Source: Eledone cirrhosa
Lineage: Eukaryota
DNA: 64,000 nt
NCBI GenBank assembly: GCA_964016885.1
Contig: OZ024753.1
Location: 5,394,001-5,458,000, forward strand
Direction: 5' to 3'
Of the stretch, positions 13,237 to 26,280 are shown piece after piece. Under the pieces are notes generated by a model, which did not search any database, was not told the origin of the DNA, and saw nothing but the letters and a program-made list of their open reading frames with translations. Each line of letters begins with the position of its first letter. Position 1 is the stretch's first letter. The position numbers were made by a program, and so were the translations under genes.

Positions 13237-13314
13237 CCGGAAGTGACGTCAGAATTATTCCATACTCGCTAAGGTCACATTGCGCATGTGTTTTGTTGGG
13301 CGATCAAAATGGCG
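13237..13314 (+). promoter_or_regulatory. ATP5MG proximal promoter: ETS-CRE composite CCGGAAGTGACGTCA, AAGGTCA (ERR-like half site), TGCGCATG (NRF1-like), CAAAATGGCG (YY1-like)
   Basis: Motifs at 13237-13251, 13271-13277, 13281-13288 and 13305-13314, immediately upstream of or overlapping the ATG. Confidence 0.6.
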
Positions 13315-13369
13315 AAGGTTGTAGCTAAAATCGGTGGATTGGTGTCCAAAGCACCTGAACTAGTGAAAA
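13309..13369 (+). CDS. ATP5MG: ATP synthase subunit g, exon 1 (MAKVVAKIGGLVSKAPELVK)
   Basis: ATG at 13309, GTAAGT donor at 13370; phase 1 matches exon 2. Confidence 0.85.
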
Positions 13370-15093
13370 GTAAGTGTTTTAACTTCAATAATCCTGCATA
13401 TTTCTATTAAGTAATAACTATTACATCTTTATATTAATTTGAAATGTATATGCTATTATTTTTAATACTCTAATTTCACTTCTCGATCTGCATGTTGAAG
13501 AAGCACTACCTCGAAAGCAGGTTGAGGCTTAACTAATGTTTATAAATTAAATATAACGATTATTTTATTATCATTAATATTAATAGCTATTGTCTTAAAC
13601 CAGACACAATTTTTTGCAATACTGTATATTAAAAGATTAGAAAAAATAAAACATTATATTTAAGCATCATGCTTTTTCATGTCTACTATCCTATTTACTA
13701 TAGATGATGTTTTTTTAAATTTCTGTTAACAGAAACAATTAACTATAGTGTACATATATAATGGTGTTTAATTTTACTTCATTAGTGTATAGAATCCTAT
13801 CGCAATTTAGTCAGTATTTACCTTTCTTTTAAACATTATCCTTTCTATCTTTCGTTGACCTCTGTTTAAGCGTAACAAGGACATTGCCTGTCGTAACTTT
13901 TGTATAATATATAAACCATCTGATTTTTTTTCTTAAAAAGAAAAAAAAATCAATGCAATTAGTTTTTAAGTAATTTATTTAAACATTGGGAATTATTTTA
14001 TACTTAATGTTATCAACTGGAGAATATCACTAAGGCTCTATCTCGAAGCGATCGCAATAAGCGGCTTCCACTGTATATTGCTATTTAAATCTGGTTTTGT
14101 TAATAAAACAGACTAGATTAAAGTGGCTGGTTGTATATATTCATTTTCTAAATTAAAATAAGCGATATATTGATTTAAAGCATATCACATAAGTAAAGAA
14201 GGTCGTACTAACACTCTGCGATGAGTATTAAATATTGAATATTTTTCATATCTTTTCCAAGGTATCATTGGAAATAGATGTTTGAAGAAAATGAAAATAT
14301 GTCGTTCGATTTATCGGATCCATTTCGCATGCCCTGCTCATATACACACAAGCCGACGCTGGAACTTCTAACCTTGACGTGTATATCCGCAATAAATCTA
14401 TTGAATCGGACAAGATGTTTTCGTTTTCTTCAAATGAGATTGTCAACGATACCTATTTCCCAGCGTGTGATAGTTATTCTTCTGCAGTCGTAGGATATAG
14501 CTCATATATTTAGATTGTGAAGAAAGAATGGAATGTAAAATAGGAAAATATAAAGAAAAAGAAGGGGGGGGGGTGATTGGGCTCTAGGCCTGGCAGTAAA
14601 ACGGCCTACGCCCCGTGGACATGGCTGCAAAAGCATTCCTGCAGACAATGGCCAACGACACCCGCTGCAACAGCCACCCCACCTTGCGGAGCTCCTTCCT
14701 CAGACGGGCCGCCAACAATTATATTAGAACATTATTTAAATCGGAACCTGGAGCTGTTTTGTGTGAGTTGATCAATCAATAAGTCACACTGCTAAAACTC
14801 TTCGTTGTGTTGACACCCACAAAATAACTTCACTAACAATTTTTTCTTCAACTCTTCAGCAATGCCCTTCAAATCTAATTCTATTTATAAACCAAGGCAG
14901 CTAATCAACACATTGTTTAGATAGCATATATAAGCCCCCCCCCCCCCCCCCCATTTTACCATCAATTTTTGAGGGGGTCAAATAATTCAGTATATGCAGT
15001 TAAAAATTAAAAACAATGTGGATATAAACTATTGTATTTTCTCTTAGAAATTATTGTTTGATTCCTCTAATCTATGATAACTTTTTATTTCAG

Positions 15094-15242
15094 AGGCCCA
15101 GCCCGGTTTGAAGACTTTCGTTAGATATGCTAGAGTTGAATTAACACCGCCATCATTTTCTGACATGCCAAAAGTTTCACAAGGTTTTAAGAAGCTGACC
15201 ACAGCAACTAAGGCTGGTCAATGGAAGAATTTAACTGTTAAG
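15094..15242 (+). CDS. ATP5MG: ATP synthase subunit g, exon 2 (AQPGLKTFVRYARVELTPP...GQWKNLTVK)
   Basis: TTTCAG acceptor, GTAAGA donor; hallmark YARVELxPP and WKNLTVK motifs. Confidence 0.93.
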
Positions 15243-16025
15243 GTAAGAAATGATGTCAAAAGTCGCATTTTTGTATCACTGCATTTCTTATAATGATTAG
15301 ATATTATTTTGTCGCTGTTACATTCTGATTTGAAAATAATAAACAGCGCCTTTCATTAGAAATATAGTAATGAAAGGGTTAATAAAAATAACTTGTTTTG
15401 ATATAATATAACATGCAAGGACTCAATTAGCAACAATTGTTATGAATGTTAAAGGATTGTGAGTTGATGATGTTTAGCTCCTGATCAGACTTATGATCAT
15501 CATCGCCATCACTGTTTTGTCTCTATTTTTCATGCTTGCATAGTTTGTCCAAGTCTCAGTTTAACCCTTTAAACTGGCCATATCCATCCAGAATTCTGTT
15601 TAAACTGACTGCTCATACTAATGTTAAGGTATTGTTCTCAAAATAAATATCAAAGTCTCGTAGATTTGATATTATGTGAGGTAAAGCCTTTACCGTGAAA
15701 ATATAATAGTAAATACAGAGTAATGTAAATTCTAAAGAGTTAAACAGATACATCAGGCAAATGTGTCTTACTGATACATTCCATTTTTGGCATTCTTTCT
15801 ATGGCTGGATGTACTTCCTAATACCAACAGAGAGCTGGAATGAATACTCAATGCATTCTAGTAACTGCCAGTTTATTGCCTGTATAATGGCACTGCCCCA
15901 GCATGTCGGCTAGAACACACAAAAAATAAATATATATACTGACAAAAAGATAAGTAAAATTCTCTTTTAGCCTAAAAGAGAAATGGCTATATGATATATA
16001 ACATTTTATTTTTTCTAATTCACAG

Positions 16026-16142
16026 GAAGGCTTCCTCAACACTCTAGTTGCAGTCGAAATAATGTGTTGGTTTTTTGTCGGAGAAATAATAGGAAAAGGT
16101 AGTCTTATTGGTTACAACATCCCAGGTGCGTTCCATGCATAA
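16026..16142 (+). CDS. ATP5MG: ATP synthase subunit g, exon 3 (EGFLNTLVAVEIMCWFFVGEIIGKGSLIGYNIPGAFHA*); spliced protein 108 aa
   Basis: CACAG acceptor; ExxxWFxxGExIG (GxxxG) transmembrane motif; TAA at 16140-16142; AATAAA at 16193. Confidence 0.93.
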   Translation, partial: EGFLNTLVAVEIMCWFFVGEIIGKGSLIGYNIPGAFHA

Positions 16143-16384
16143 CCTAGCACTGGTTAGCATGTTATTTGTAAAAAAGACTAGCTATTATATGTAATAAAAC
16201 GATTTTCTTCACTTGTTAATCTTTGGAAGTTGTTTCTTGATAAAAAGTTACCATTAATATTTGTGTACATTTACACACATTAAACTTGAATGTTCTATCT
16301 CATTAAATATATATGAGTCCCAGGTTCAATCGGGGTAAACCACAGTAAGGTACTCAATACATTAGTAGAGTATATAGAAATGGC

Positions 16385-16421
<37 letters not shown>

Positions 16422-18292
16422 TGACAATACAAACAGGGATGCAAAAACAATCTTATTAGTATCACACTTAGGAGGATATGGCACATTGAACATAAGTCCT
16501 TCAAGGAATGCAGAGAACAGGTTGGAACATCGGACATGTATATTATATATTCTAGTCGAGTCCACAATGAAGATGATGCAAAGTGGACTTGGTCAGTCAT
16601 GTGACAGCTGCCGCTCCTCCGTACTTATTGCTGGTGTGAATATCATCCCAGAACAATGCTATTAATCATCATCTTTGCTGTTTAATGCCCACCTTCCATG
16701 CTATCATGGGTTGTCCAGGTTGGGTCAGGTGAATGTATCCTGCTCATGCAACTGTTTCTGGCTAGATTTCTATTGAAGTTGCAGCTATTTGTGTATCTGA
16801 GCTGTTGTTGTAAATCTGTAGATTATTATATATATATATCTGGTTGGTAGTCTTTCATGGAGACATGGACTGTAGGAGTTAAAGCTTACTGTAACAACAA
16901 ACTGACAAAAACAAAGATACTCATCATCATCAGTTTTAATGTCCACTTTCCCTGCTAGCAAGGGTTGGATGGGTCTACATAGATCAAGCCAATGCTGATC
17001 TAGACTAGCCAGGGATCGGCATTTCGCTTATGTATGGTGTCATGTCCTTGTCTCAACTGAAGGGACCTCTCAACCCTTTGTTTGGCTAGTTACATGCAAT
17101 TCTGCCACAGCACACATCTTTGCTCACTTATTCCTGAGAGGGTCGTGGAAGCAGTCTTGATACACTCCTTCCAGCAGGCTCTGTCAAATGCAACCATCTC
17201 CAACTTATTCTGTAGAATGACCAGTGGTATTTCTAGACTTTTCTCTTTCTCATCACCAAAAACATACAATTACAGAGGAATATAGAAATAAATCTGAAAA
17301 CTACATTATTTCTGATCAATAAACAATAATTAGATTTATTAACTGGATTTAGAGTCCCCTCCACAGCACTTTTTACTGAAATATTTCTTAACCATAACAG
17401 AAGACAAAACATTATCAGAAAAAGCGTGTTGGACTAAATATATTTAGTTTTCACTTCTCTTTCTTCAAGTTGCTCAAGAATCATAAGAGGATAGCTTTGA
17501 TATAAAACAAGTCCTAGTAATATACTGGTGTTCCAATGTGGTATCAACCATGCACAGCTTCCTCCCCAGGAAAAGAAGCTGGTCCTTTTCGTGCTTTAAT
17601 AAGAAATCTATATTTAGTAACCATTTAATAATTTTCAGCTCTACAGACGATGACTACTACTTGTTCTGTCCACAAAAGTATCAGTTACAAAGCTTGGCTA
17701 GATGTGGTTCCACCACAGCTCAACACATTGCTGTCCTTCCTCATTAAACTCTGCCAAGTCCAATGCTGTGCAGGGGGCATATCAGGTGTTGTTGCATAGT
17801 CTGTGGTTTGATACCACAGTCACACACTGTCTCCATTTTGCAAGATACCCAAGTACATCAAGAATTTAACCCAGTTTAGAGGTTGTCAAGCAAAAGAAAG
17901 AGAGGAATAATCTTAGTTTTAGACTGAAAATAATCGAACAAGTTGGGCATAAAAGCTGCTATATGAAGGTCAGCCTAAAAGTTCATAGGCTAACCAAGAT
18001 TCTGTCATGGAATATGACCAAATGAGGTTTATTTTTCAACATTGTCCCCTTTGCAGTCAACACTCTTCCATCGGTGTTGCAGTGCTTGGATCCCATCAAC
18101 AAAAGTAGACAATATTGCCCACAGGAGTTGATGTCAAAATTTGCTCAATGAGTGATTGTTTACATCCTACTGACCAATAGATAAGGCTTAAGAATGATGA
18201 ATAAATGGCCAGTTTGGCACTGGTGTAATGGTAGTTTAGCTAACAGCAGTTGTGAGATTCGACCATATTTCTAATGATATCTATCTATCTAT

Positions 18293-18530
18293 CTAAGGCG
18301 GGTAAAATTCCAGAGATCCATGGACGAGTTCTCTCCAGCGGTCTCTGTCCCTCATTATCGCTGCCATATCCTGCATCTCCAACAGACCAGTGTCTGTCCT
18401 TAGGGCATCAACATATGTTAACCTTGGTCTTCCTCTTCTAGTGTGTCCATGTAGGGGCTCCCAAAGGAGCACTGAGTGCAATGTCAACTCTGGATGTCGG
18501 TGAGCATGCCCAGCCAACCTCAGTCTCCTC
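18293..18530 (-). mobile_element. RTE/RTE-X-like LINE 3' fragment
   Basis: AGHAHRHPELTLHSVLLWEPLHGHTRRGRPRLTYVD...DRDRWR. Confidence 0.75.
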
Positions 18531-18852
18531 TGATATACACTATTTTAATTAATGAAAGATTTACTAAAATTATCAATTTCATTACTAAGATTTTAATTTA
18601 ACCCTTTAGCATTTATATTATATATACTATTATATTTTCATGGTAAAGGCTTTACCTTACAATATAGAATTTATAAGATTTTGATATTACTTAGCATAAC
18701 TAGTTTGTTATATTATAAGCCTTAGTGTAAACAAACAAATGTAAATACATTTTGTTATCCACCTCATACACAGAAAACATTGTTTACATTTTCATAGTGA
18801 AGCTTATGATTTTAAAACACCACACACACATAAATATATATATATATATATT

Positions 18853-19017
18853 TATGAGGGGGTGTTGAAAAGTTCCTGGCTTGAAGCTCAACCATCAGTT
18901 CTTTTTACGGGGCTTAGATAAAATGAAAGACTCTGCAATAAGTTGAATAAAATCATAATTAACTGATACTCCTGTATTTTCGTTTACCCAAAGCTGGAAA
19001 CTTTTCAGCACCTCCTC

Positions 19018-19020
<3 letters not shown>
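18853..19020. mobile_element. Tc1/mariner-type MITE within a (TA)n tract
   Basis: TATGAGGGGGTGTTGAAAAGTTCC ... GGAAACTTTTCAGCACCTCCTCGTG imperfect TIRs. Confidence 0.7.
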
Positions 19021-19056
<36 letters not shown>

Positions 19057-21578
19057 TACATAGGGAGCGAGTTCAAGAAAATTACGTAAAAATATGCTAA
19101 TGTTCCATTCATTTAGATTTTACGACCAGAAATCTCATTCTCTGCTCAATGACACTTGTTAGTTGACAGATACTTTTAAAACGTTGAGCAGCTCGATGGA
19201 CAACAGAATTTTCAGTAATGGTTGTTAAAATGATTATTTGATTGTCAAAAAAGGGTTTTCGTTATGAGAGGTAGCATAGGGTTTGATTCCTGGGCTGGGT
19301 TGTGTTATGTTTTTCAGCAAAACACTTCATTTCATGGGTGCTTTTGTGTAGCTTACCAGCACAGGGAAGGCTGTCATGTCCTCGACACAACTAAAGGGTC
19401 CTCCTAAGCGCTTATTTGGCAAGTTTTCACCAGCTGGATGCCCTTCCTAACACCAACCTAAAGATACTAACTTATCTTCCATTTTCTCCTGATAAAGATA
19501 TTTTAACCATGAAATAAAAGGTAGAAATATAAACTATTATTTTGTTTTACTTTACCTTTGTTTCCACTCTTCTATGTCGTACTTGCATTGATCTGGCCTT
19601 CAAAATCAATCACAGCAATTTTTATATATACACTCTTCAGAATATTCTCATTTTATTATTTGTTCAACAAGTCATTGTCATCATCATTATCATCAATAGA
19701 GCCTTTTTTTAAAAAAAAGATTTACTTGAGAAGATGAAGTGGGTAGAGTAGGAGTGAGAGGGTAGGGAGAAGGAGAGAGAGAGTTGGGCGAAGGAGTGTG
19801 AGGAGTCATCATAGAAAAACTAATGTAGGAAGGAGATTAGTTGATCTGACATGTGGTGTGTATGTCTCTTTCTGAAAGTTTCTATTGTGCTCATGTCCTG
19901 TTACTATTATGAAGATACAGCATGGCTAAATGGTTAAGGAGTTCACTTGGCAATCATCAGGTGAGTTCAATTCCACAGTATGGCATCTTGGGCAAGTGTC
20001 ATGTGCATGAAACGGGTTAGGAATAAAAAGTTTGGAAACCTACCAGATGGACTGTTCCTGTAACACACAAGACCAACTTTGGCATGCTGAATCTCCCATT
20101 AAAGGTACACGTGCCTGTGGAATGCTCAGCCACTTTCACGTTAATTTCATTGAAACTGACCAGTCTACTCCATCCACCATTATGCACATATATATAAATA
20201 AATATATGCAGTGAAGAATAAGTATGCAAGATGGAAAATTTCTGAATAAATTGTTGTAAAAACCCATTTTGCATACTTATTCTTCATTGCATATACTCCA
20301 CCTGGATCACCAGGTGTAATTTGGGATACTTCAGGATGTTGAGTGCTTACCTCAGGATACTTCAAGATCTACCAGCTACAATACCCTAACTGGTCATATA
20401 CTTGCTTATAATATATATATATATATATATACGGGCATATATGTGAGATACACCATATGTGGTTCAGGGGTGATCCAAACTTAATACTTTTGATATCAAC
20501 CCACCCAAAAACCATTTCTGGTTCTATGAAACAAAACCACACATTTTAAGGTTCCTATTTAAATTAATCTTCTAATATAATCTTATATATACAAATCATA
20601 TGTTAAACTGCATTTCAAATACCATCTTAATAATGAAATAATAATTTTAGTAAATCCCATCAATTTTTTAATGAATACATTAGATTAAATATGGTAAGGA
20701 CAAGGTTACAAGATGTTTAATGCTAATGCTGCCTTCTTATAGGACACCACAACACACAGTTTTCTTTGGTTTATATGATTGTTGCTGCTGCGTTTTTGTT
20801 TTTCCTTTGTTGAAATTTGTCACTGCCACCCATCTTTCTGCTCTGTTGACATCAGATAAAATAGTTACAGAAGTGCGGAAACTTCACCACTAATTTTCTC
20901 TCACTTCACTCTCAACAACAAATTGTAATCATCTGTATCTGATTTAATATAAGTGTTCAGCTGTAAAACATTGCCTCACATCCTGCCCATGCCAGCATGG
21001 AAAAGTCGATGTAAAAATGGTAATCATTATAACCATAATCATTTTTATGTCTGCTTTCCATGGGTTGGACAGGTTATCACATTCTGGGGCTAAGCTGGTC
21101 AGGTGACCAGGGTTTGCTGATATGTTCCAGATTTGGCATGGTTTCTATGGCTGGATGCTCTTCTTAACACCAACACCTTATTTAAGTGCATTTTTTGTGG
21201 CACCAGCACTACCACCTTACAAGATGTGCGGAGTGCATTTTTTTGTGGCACTAGTACTACAAACTTGCAAGATGTGCTGAGTGCATTTTTTTGTGGTATC
21301 AGCAGAACAAATTTATATTTATATATATAGGAATGGCTATGTGGTTAAGAAGTTAGTTTGGTATCCATATTGTCCTGAGTTTGATCTCATTCCACAGCAC
21401 TTGGGTGAGCATCTTCTAATAGTCATGAGTGGAATTTGGCAGATGGGTTTAGGAAGAGAGTATAAATTTACATTCAAAACAAATGTTTTGGTAAAACCCT
21501 ACAAAATATAGAAAGTTAAAAACTCTTTCCTTGCATTGAGTCAAGTAATGTATACCACCCCCATATATATATATATAT

Positions 21579-21931
21579 ATATACGATATTAAACAAATGG
21601 AAACTATATTTATTTCATTATACATATTTCAGGGATACCATATTAAAAATATGGCATGCCTTCTTCAGATAAAATACAATATATAAGCAGTTTTATAAAT
21701 AAATTTGACGTACCATAAATATTGATCAACTTCCATTTGAGAAGTTGGTTTGACTACCAAACCAACTTCTCAAATGGAAGTTGATCAATATTTATGGTAC
21801 GTCAAATTTATTTATAAAACTGCTTATATATTGTATTTTATCTGAAGAAGGCATGCCATATTTTTAATATGGTATCCCTGAAATATGTATAATGAAATAA
21901 ATATAGTTTCCATTTGTTTAATATCGTATAT
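21579..21931. repeat. Perfect inverted repeat, 174-bp arms with 5-nt spacer (ACTAC), flanked by (TA)n; probable Penelope-type inverted pLTR insert
   Basis: 21579-21752 reads as the exact reverse complement of 21758-21931. Confidence 0.92.
21827..21905 (+). ncRNA. Minimal (Penelope-type) type I hammerhead ribozyme-like motif; identical mirror copy on the - strand at 21605-21683
   Basis: CTGAAGA 21842-21848; long stem II AGGCATGCCATATT/AATATGGTATCCCT; GAAA 21880-21883; short self-complementary stem III ATATGTAT; AUA triplet; AU-rich stem I. Confidence 0.6.
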
Positions 21932-22016
21932 CTACTCCAAAACTTGTTGAGTGCTTTATATCAGTTATAAAATATTTACTCGTTGTAACCCAACAATTTT
22001 AAATAAAACTTTTGCA

Positions 22017-22057
<41 letters not shown>

Positions 22058-22143
22058 GTATACATACACGTGTGTGTATGCAGCAAAAATATCTTTGAGA
22101 TGGAAAAAGAAAATGAGCACCTAATCCAGTGAAAGAAGGCCAT

Positions 22144-23030
22144 TTATTAGGACTCATATGTGTAACATGTATTGCACTACCTTAGGTTTCAAGATACAAG
22201 TTGGTGGTAACTGCAGATCACTCACTGTGGTAGAGAATGCATGAAGCTGTGGTACAACACTTAAGGCTAATTCATCAGGCACAGAGTGAATGTCTGAATG
22301 AGAACTCATTTTGAAGTCACATGTGGGATGAGGTGATAACCCAAGTAAAATGTGTTGAACCATTTTCTAAGGGAGGCAACGTTTGTTTAATAATGTGGAT
22401 GGCTGTGATGTTGTATGTTTCTGTGTTTGTTTTGTCGGTTGCTAGTATGATGTAAGTTATAAAAAACTGTGCCATGCAGGAAAGCATATTAATGTAATGG
22501 AATTATGACGGTTGGGTATCTGGATCATGGCTCTTCCATGAAGAAAGCTGGTGTGAGCAGCCTTTGAACACATTCTTAGAGTTCAGATTTTTTTTTATAG
22601 GGTTGAAACCCTATTAAATCATGAATTTTTTTTATTGAGGCAGAGGGAACATCTTTGTTCCATTGATGTATGGTCTGAACCTCTCTAGGATTTTGCATGT
22701 TACCTTATGTGGGACTGCTTTATTTCTGAACTATCAGACACTTTTTTGTCAGGTCTGTGGTGGTCTTCATTTTAAGGTGCCTAAAGGAAAGGACATTTCA
22801 GTAGAATTGTTGAGTAAATCCATCTTGTTTCAAACCCACATCTTTCACTGCTCTCTGAAAATCCGATGAAGACCTAGGATAAAGGACAACTGCCATCTGC
22901 AGCAGAGCTGCAATATTAAGTCCATTGTATATGAATGAGGCCAGAATTACACCTACCACCACCAGCTGTCATGCCTGCACTTTGAAACCTAAGGTAACTC
23001 AATACATGTTACATGTATGAATCATAATAA
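22144..23030 (-). mobile_element. Degraded, 5'-truncated Penelope-like element with a GIY-YIG remnant, bounded by ~60-bp inverted termini
   Basis: Frameshifted minus-strand translation resembles the PLE endonuclease C-terminus (SFRH...KIL...PY.NG..CSLCLNKK...LNSK....CSH). 22144-22207 is an inverted match to about 22958-23030. Confidence 0.65.
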
Positions 23031-23583
23031 TATATATATATTGAATGTTGCACTTGCAGGGAGTGTTGCATATGCAGTGTTTATGTGGAATGTATGTTGT
23101 TACTTGTGTGTCATAACTCCCTGCTGCGGTTGAGAGGAATAAAACTAGAGTTTGAAATTATTACCACATACTTCAATAACTTTTCTCATGACAGATGATA
23201 CAATGAAGCAGTGATGTGTGAGAGAGAGGCAGTGACATTACATTAAAAACTGTGCAATGACATAAAAGTTTGCAAAAAAAAAAAAAAAAAAAAAAAAGAC
23301 CATCACCCTGGCCTCAAACCTCCCAACTATAATACTGAATATATAAATAACTTTCCTTTAGAGGGAAGAAGGGGGTGTGGGTGAGGTTTTTTTTTTTTGT
23401 TTACCATTCCGACTCCCATATTCTCCTCCATCACACAATGACTATACACACGCAAACACCACCACCACTTCCTCTTTCTCCCCAATCCCAACTTCACCAC
23501 TATAACCAAGATCACTATCTCCACCCCCATTGAATTTCTTCTTCTTCTTCTCTCCTCCTCCTTCTCCTCCACTGCTGGCCTCA

Positions 23584-23772
23584 CTAAGTGTGATAAAGAG
23601 CCAGAGCTATAATGACACAGATGAAGGCACAACCAAAGTAAATGTTCAGTTGGAGATTGAAGATGAGGATGGAGAGTACGGTGGTGATAAGCATCGCACA
23701 GGAGATGATGAACAGACGAGTGATGTTGCTGGCATGTTTCATCACAGCTGACATAATGAGACCATTGACAGC
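23584..23772 (-). CDS. SLC35A4: SLC35A4-like last coding exon (AVNGLIMSAVMKHASNITRLFIISCAM...ALALYHT*)
   Basis: NGL.MSAVMKH.S.ITRLF is characteristic of SLC35A4; TAG stop at 23586-23584. Confidence 0.93.
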   Translation of the reverse strand, partial: AVNGLIMSAVMKHASNITRLFIISCAMLITTVLSILIFNLQLNIYFGCAFICVIIALALYHT

Positions 23773-23902
23773 CTGTAAAGAGAAAGGGGAATATAATAAT
23801 AGTGATTATATTAATGATTTCTGATTTAGGCACAAGGCCAACAATTTGAAGGGAAGGGAAAGTCTATTAAATTGACCTCAGTATGTTACTGGTACATAAA
23901 AA

Positions 23903-24299
23903 TAATAATTGTTTCTACTTTTGGCACAAGGCCAGCAATTACCCAGTACATGACTGGTACTTTATTTTATCGATCCCGTAAGGATGAAAGGCAAAGTTAA
24001 CCTCGGCGGGATTTGAACTCAGAATGGAAAGGGCCGTAACTCTATGCGTCAAAGCATGGCGTCCGACCCTCTACTGATACTGCCAATCCACCGCCCTTAC
24101 ATAAAAATAATAATTGTTTCTACTTTAGGCACAAGGCCAGCAATTACCCAGTGCATTACTGGTACTTTATTTTATCGACCCCGTAAGGATGAAAGGCAAA
24201 GTTAACCTCGGCGGGATTTGAACTCAGACCGTAAAGGGACGTAACTGTGCTAGAAAGCATGGCGTCCAACCCACTACCGGTACTGCCAATTCACCGCCT
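23903..24299 (-). mobile_element. Head-to-tail dimer of the tRNA-derived SINE
   Basis: Two near-identical ~195-bp copies (about 23903-24097 and 24107-24299). Confidence 0.85.
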
Positions 24300-24892
24300 T
24301 TTAAAAATAAAATAAAATAAAAATAATAATGATTCCTAGTATGTCACCGAGCAACTCTAAACAGTACATACAATCTACAGAGCTGTAAATAGGCATCGTA
24401 TGGTGATAGAGGACTTTACTTTAGCTCCTTAGCAATTACATTACTCTATATTTACTATTGTATTTTCACAGTAAAGGCTTTATCTTATATAATTATCTCA
24501 CATAATATTGAATCTATGAGATTTTGATGTTATTTATTTTGAGAACAATACCTTAATGTAAGTATGAATGGCCAGTTATAGCTGGTTTGAACAGAAAGAA
24601 GTGAGAGAATTCTGGCCGGATATGGCCGGTTTAAATGTTAGAGGGTTAAAGCAGTCTTGGGCAAACTGTGGCACATTTAGCTTTCTGGACGGCATATCTC
24701 CTCAAGAAAAATCACCTTGAATTTTTTTAATAAGCACATCTTTCATAAAACCAACCACTTTAGGGAGTATACAAGGGCTATTATATCATGTCACCAGTAC
24801 TAGAAAGGTTTTCAAGTTCACAGCAGGACTTAAGTGACATCTAAAACCTCACAAAATTATAACCAAAAGAAACAAACACCATACATACTCAC

Positions 24893-24951
24893 CTGAGTGA
24901 TGATGATAATCCATGTATATATAGAATATCCTTTCAACAAGTAAAAACTAT
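24893..24951 (-). CDS. SLC35A4: SLC35A4-like exon (DSFYLLKGYSIYTWIIIITQ)
   Basis: GYS..W motif; TTTCAG acceptor, GTGAGT donor. Confidence 0.88.
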
Positions 24952-25021
24952 CTGAAAATACACCACAGAACAAATATATAATAAAATAAGAATTTCTTGT
25001 TAAAAGGTAACAATAAATAAT

Positions 25022-26280
25022 ATCATCATTTTCCCTGCTTGCAGGGGCGGGACGGGTCCTGTTCAGCACAGCATCTCTCCACTTCTCACAGTCCTTTGTC
25101 ATCTCCTCCGTGAGCTTCAGCAATCTGAGGTCTGCTCTCACCACCTCCGCCCATGTTTTTGTGGTCCTCCTCTACTGCGTCATCCTTCTACTGGCATTTC
25201 TTGGCACTTCTTTACCCAGCGGCCATCCTCCATGCGCATCACGTCCATACCATCGTAGTCTTCTCTCCCGCACACTACAACTTATCCCTCTTAAACACAG
25301 TTTCTCCCGCAACTCATCCATGCTTGGTTGTTCATTGACATTGCACATCCAACAGAGCATGCTTGCTTCATTTCTCTCCAGCCGTCGCATATCCTCTGCA
25401 GTTGCTGCCCATGTCTCACTACCATGCAACATCGCGCATTTCACACAGGCATCATATAACCGGCCTTTCGTACGCAGTGAGAAACCCTTCTTTGTCAGCA
25501 GAGGAAGCAGCTCCCTAAACTTCTAACCTGTCCTTATTCTAGATACTCTGATTCCCTGACGGAATCAGAGTTTTGTCCTCTTTTCTACTTATCAACATTT
25601 TTGTCTTAACTAGGTTCACTCTCAGTCCTCTTGCTTCCAACTGCTGTTTCCATAGCCAGAATTTATTCTCTAGCTCTTCTACTGATTCTGCTATAAGAAC
25701 CAGATCACCAGCATAGAGAAGTTCCCATGGGCAGCCAGTCTTAAACTCCTCTGTTATGGCTTGGAAGACTGTTATGAACAAGAGCAGGCTGAGGACCGAA
25801 CCCTGATGTACTCCTACTTGTATCTGGAATTCCTCACTAAACTCCATTCCTACTCTCACTTTACTGACAGCACCTCTGTACAAAGCTTGCACTGACCTCA
25901 TAAGCCATTCCTCAACACCTAGTTTCCTTAGGGACCACCAGATGACAGATCGGGGCACCCTATCAAAGGCCTTCTCTAGGTCAACAAAAGCTAAGTATAG
26001 TGGCTTATTCTTCTCTAAGAACCTCTCTTGTAGTTGTCTCACTAAGAAGAGGGCATCTGTTGTACTTTTCCCAGGCACAAAACCAAACTGCATCTCATCT
26101 AGTTTGACCCTTTCTCTATAGTTGCACTAATATCCTTTCTGCCACTTTCATAACCTGATCCATCAGTTTTATGCCTCTATAATTGCTCCTCTCCAGAGCA
26201 TCCCCTTTACCTTTGTAGCAATTAATGAGAATACTGCTGCACCAGTCTTTGGGTATGACTCCGCCATATATAGCTTGATT
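25022..26280 (-). mobile_element. RTE LINE fragment in an SLC35A4 intron, with an internal deletion spanning the PHD-like finger
   Basis: QFGF, FVDLEKAFD and HQGS motifs; sequence jumps from LIPSG to SRIRTG near 25550; (GAT)n tail. Confidence 0.9.

Noticed and set aside
23327-23833. 168-aa His-rich - strand ORF and + strand ORFs over the same region
   Set aside because: Alternative frames or antisense of the SLC35A4 last exon, which has strong family motifs.
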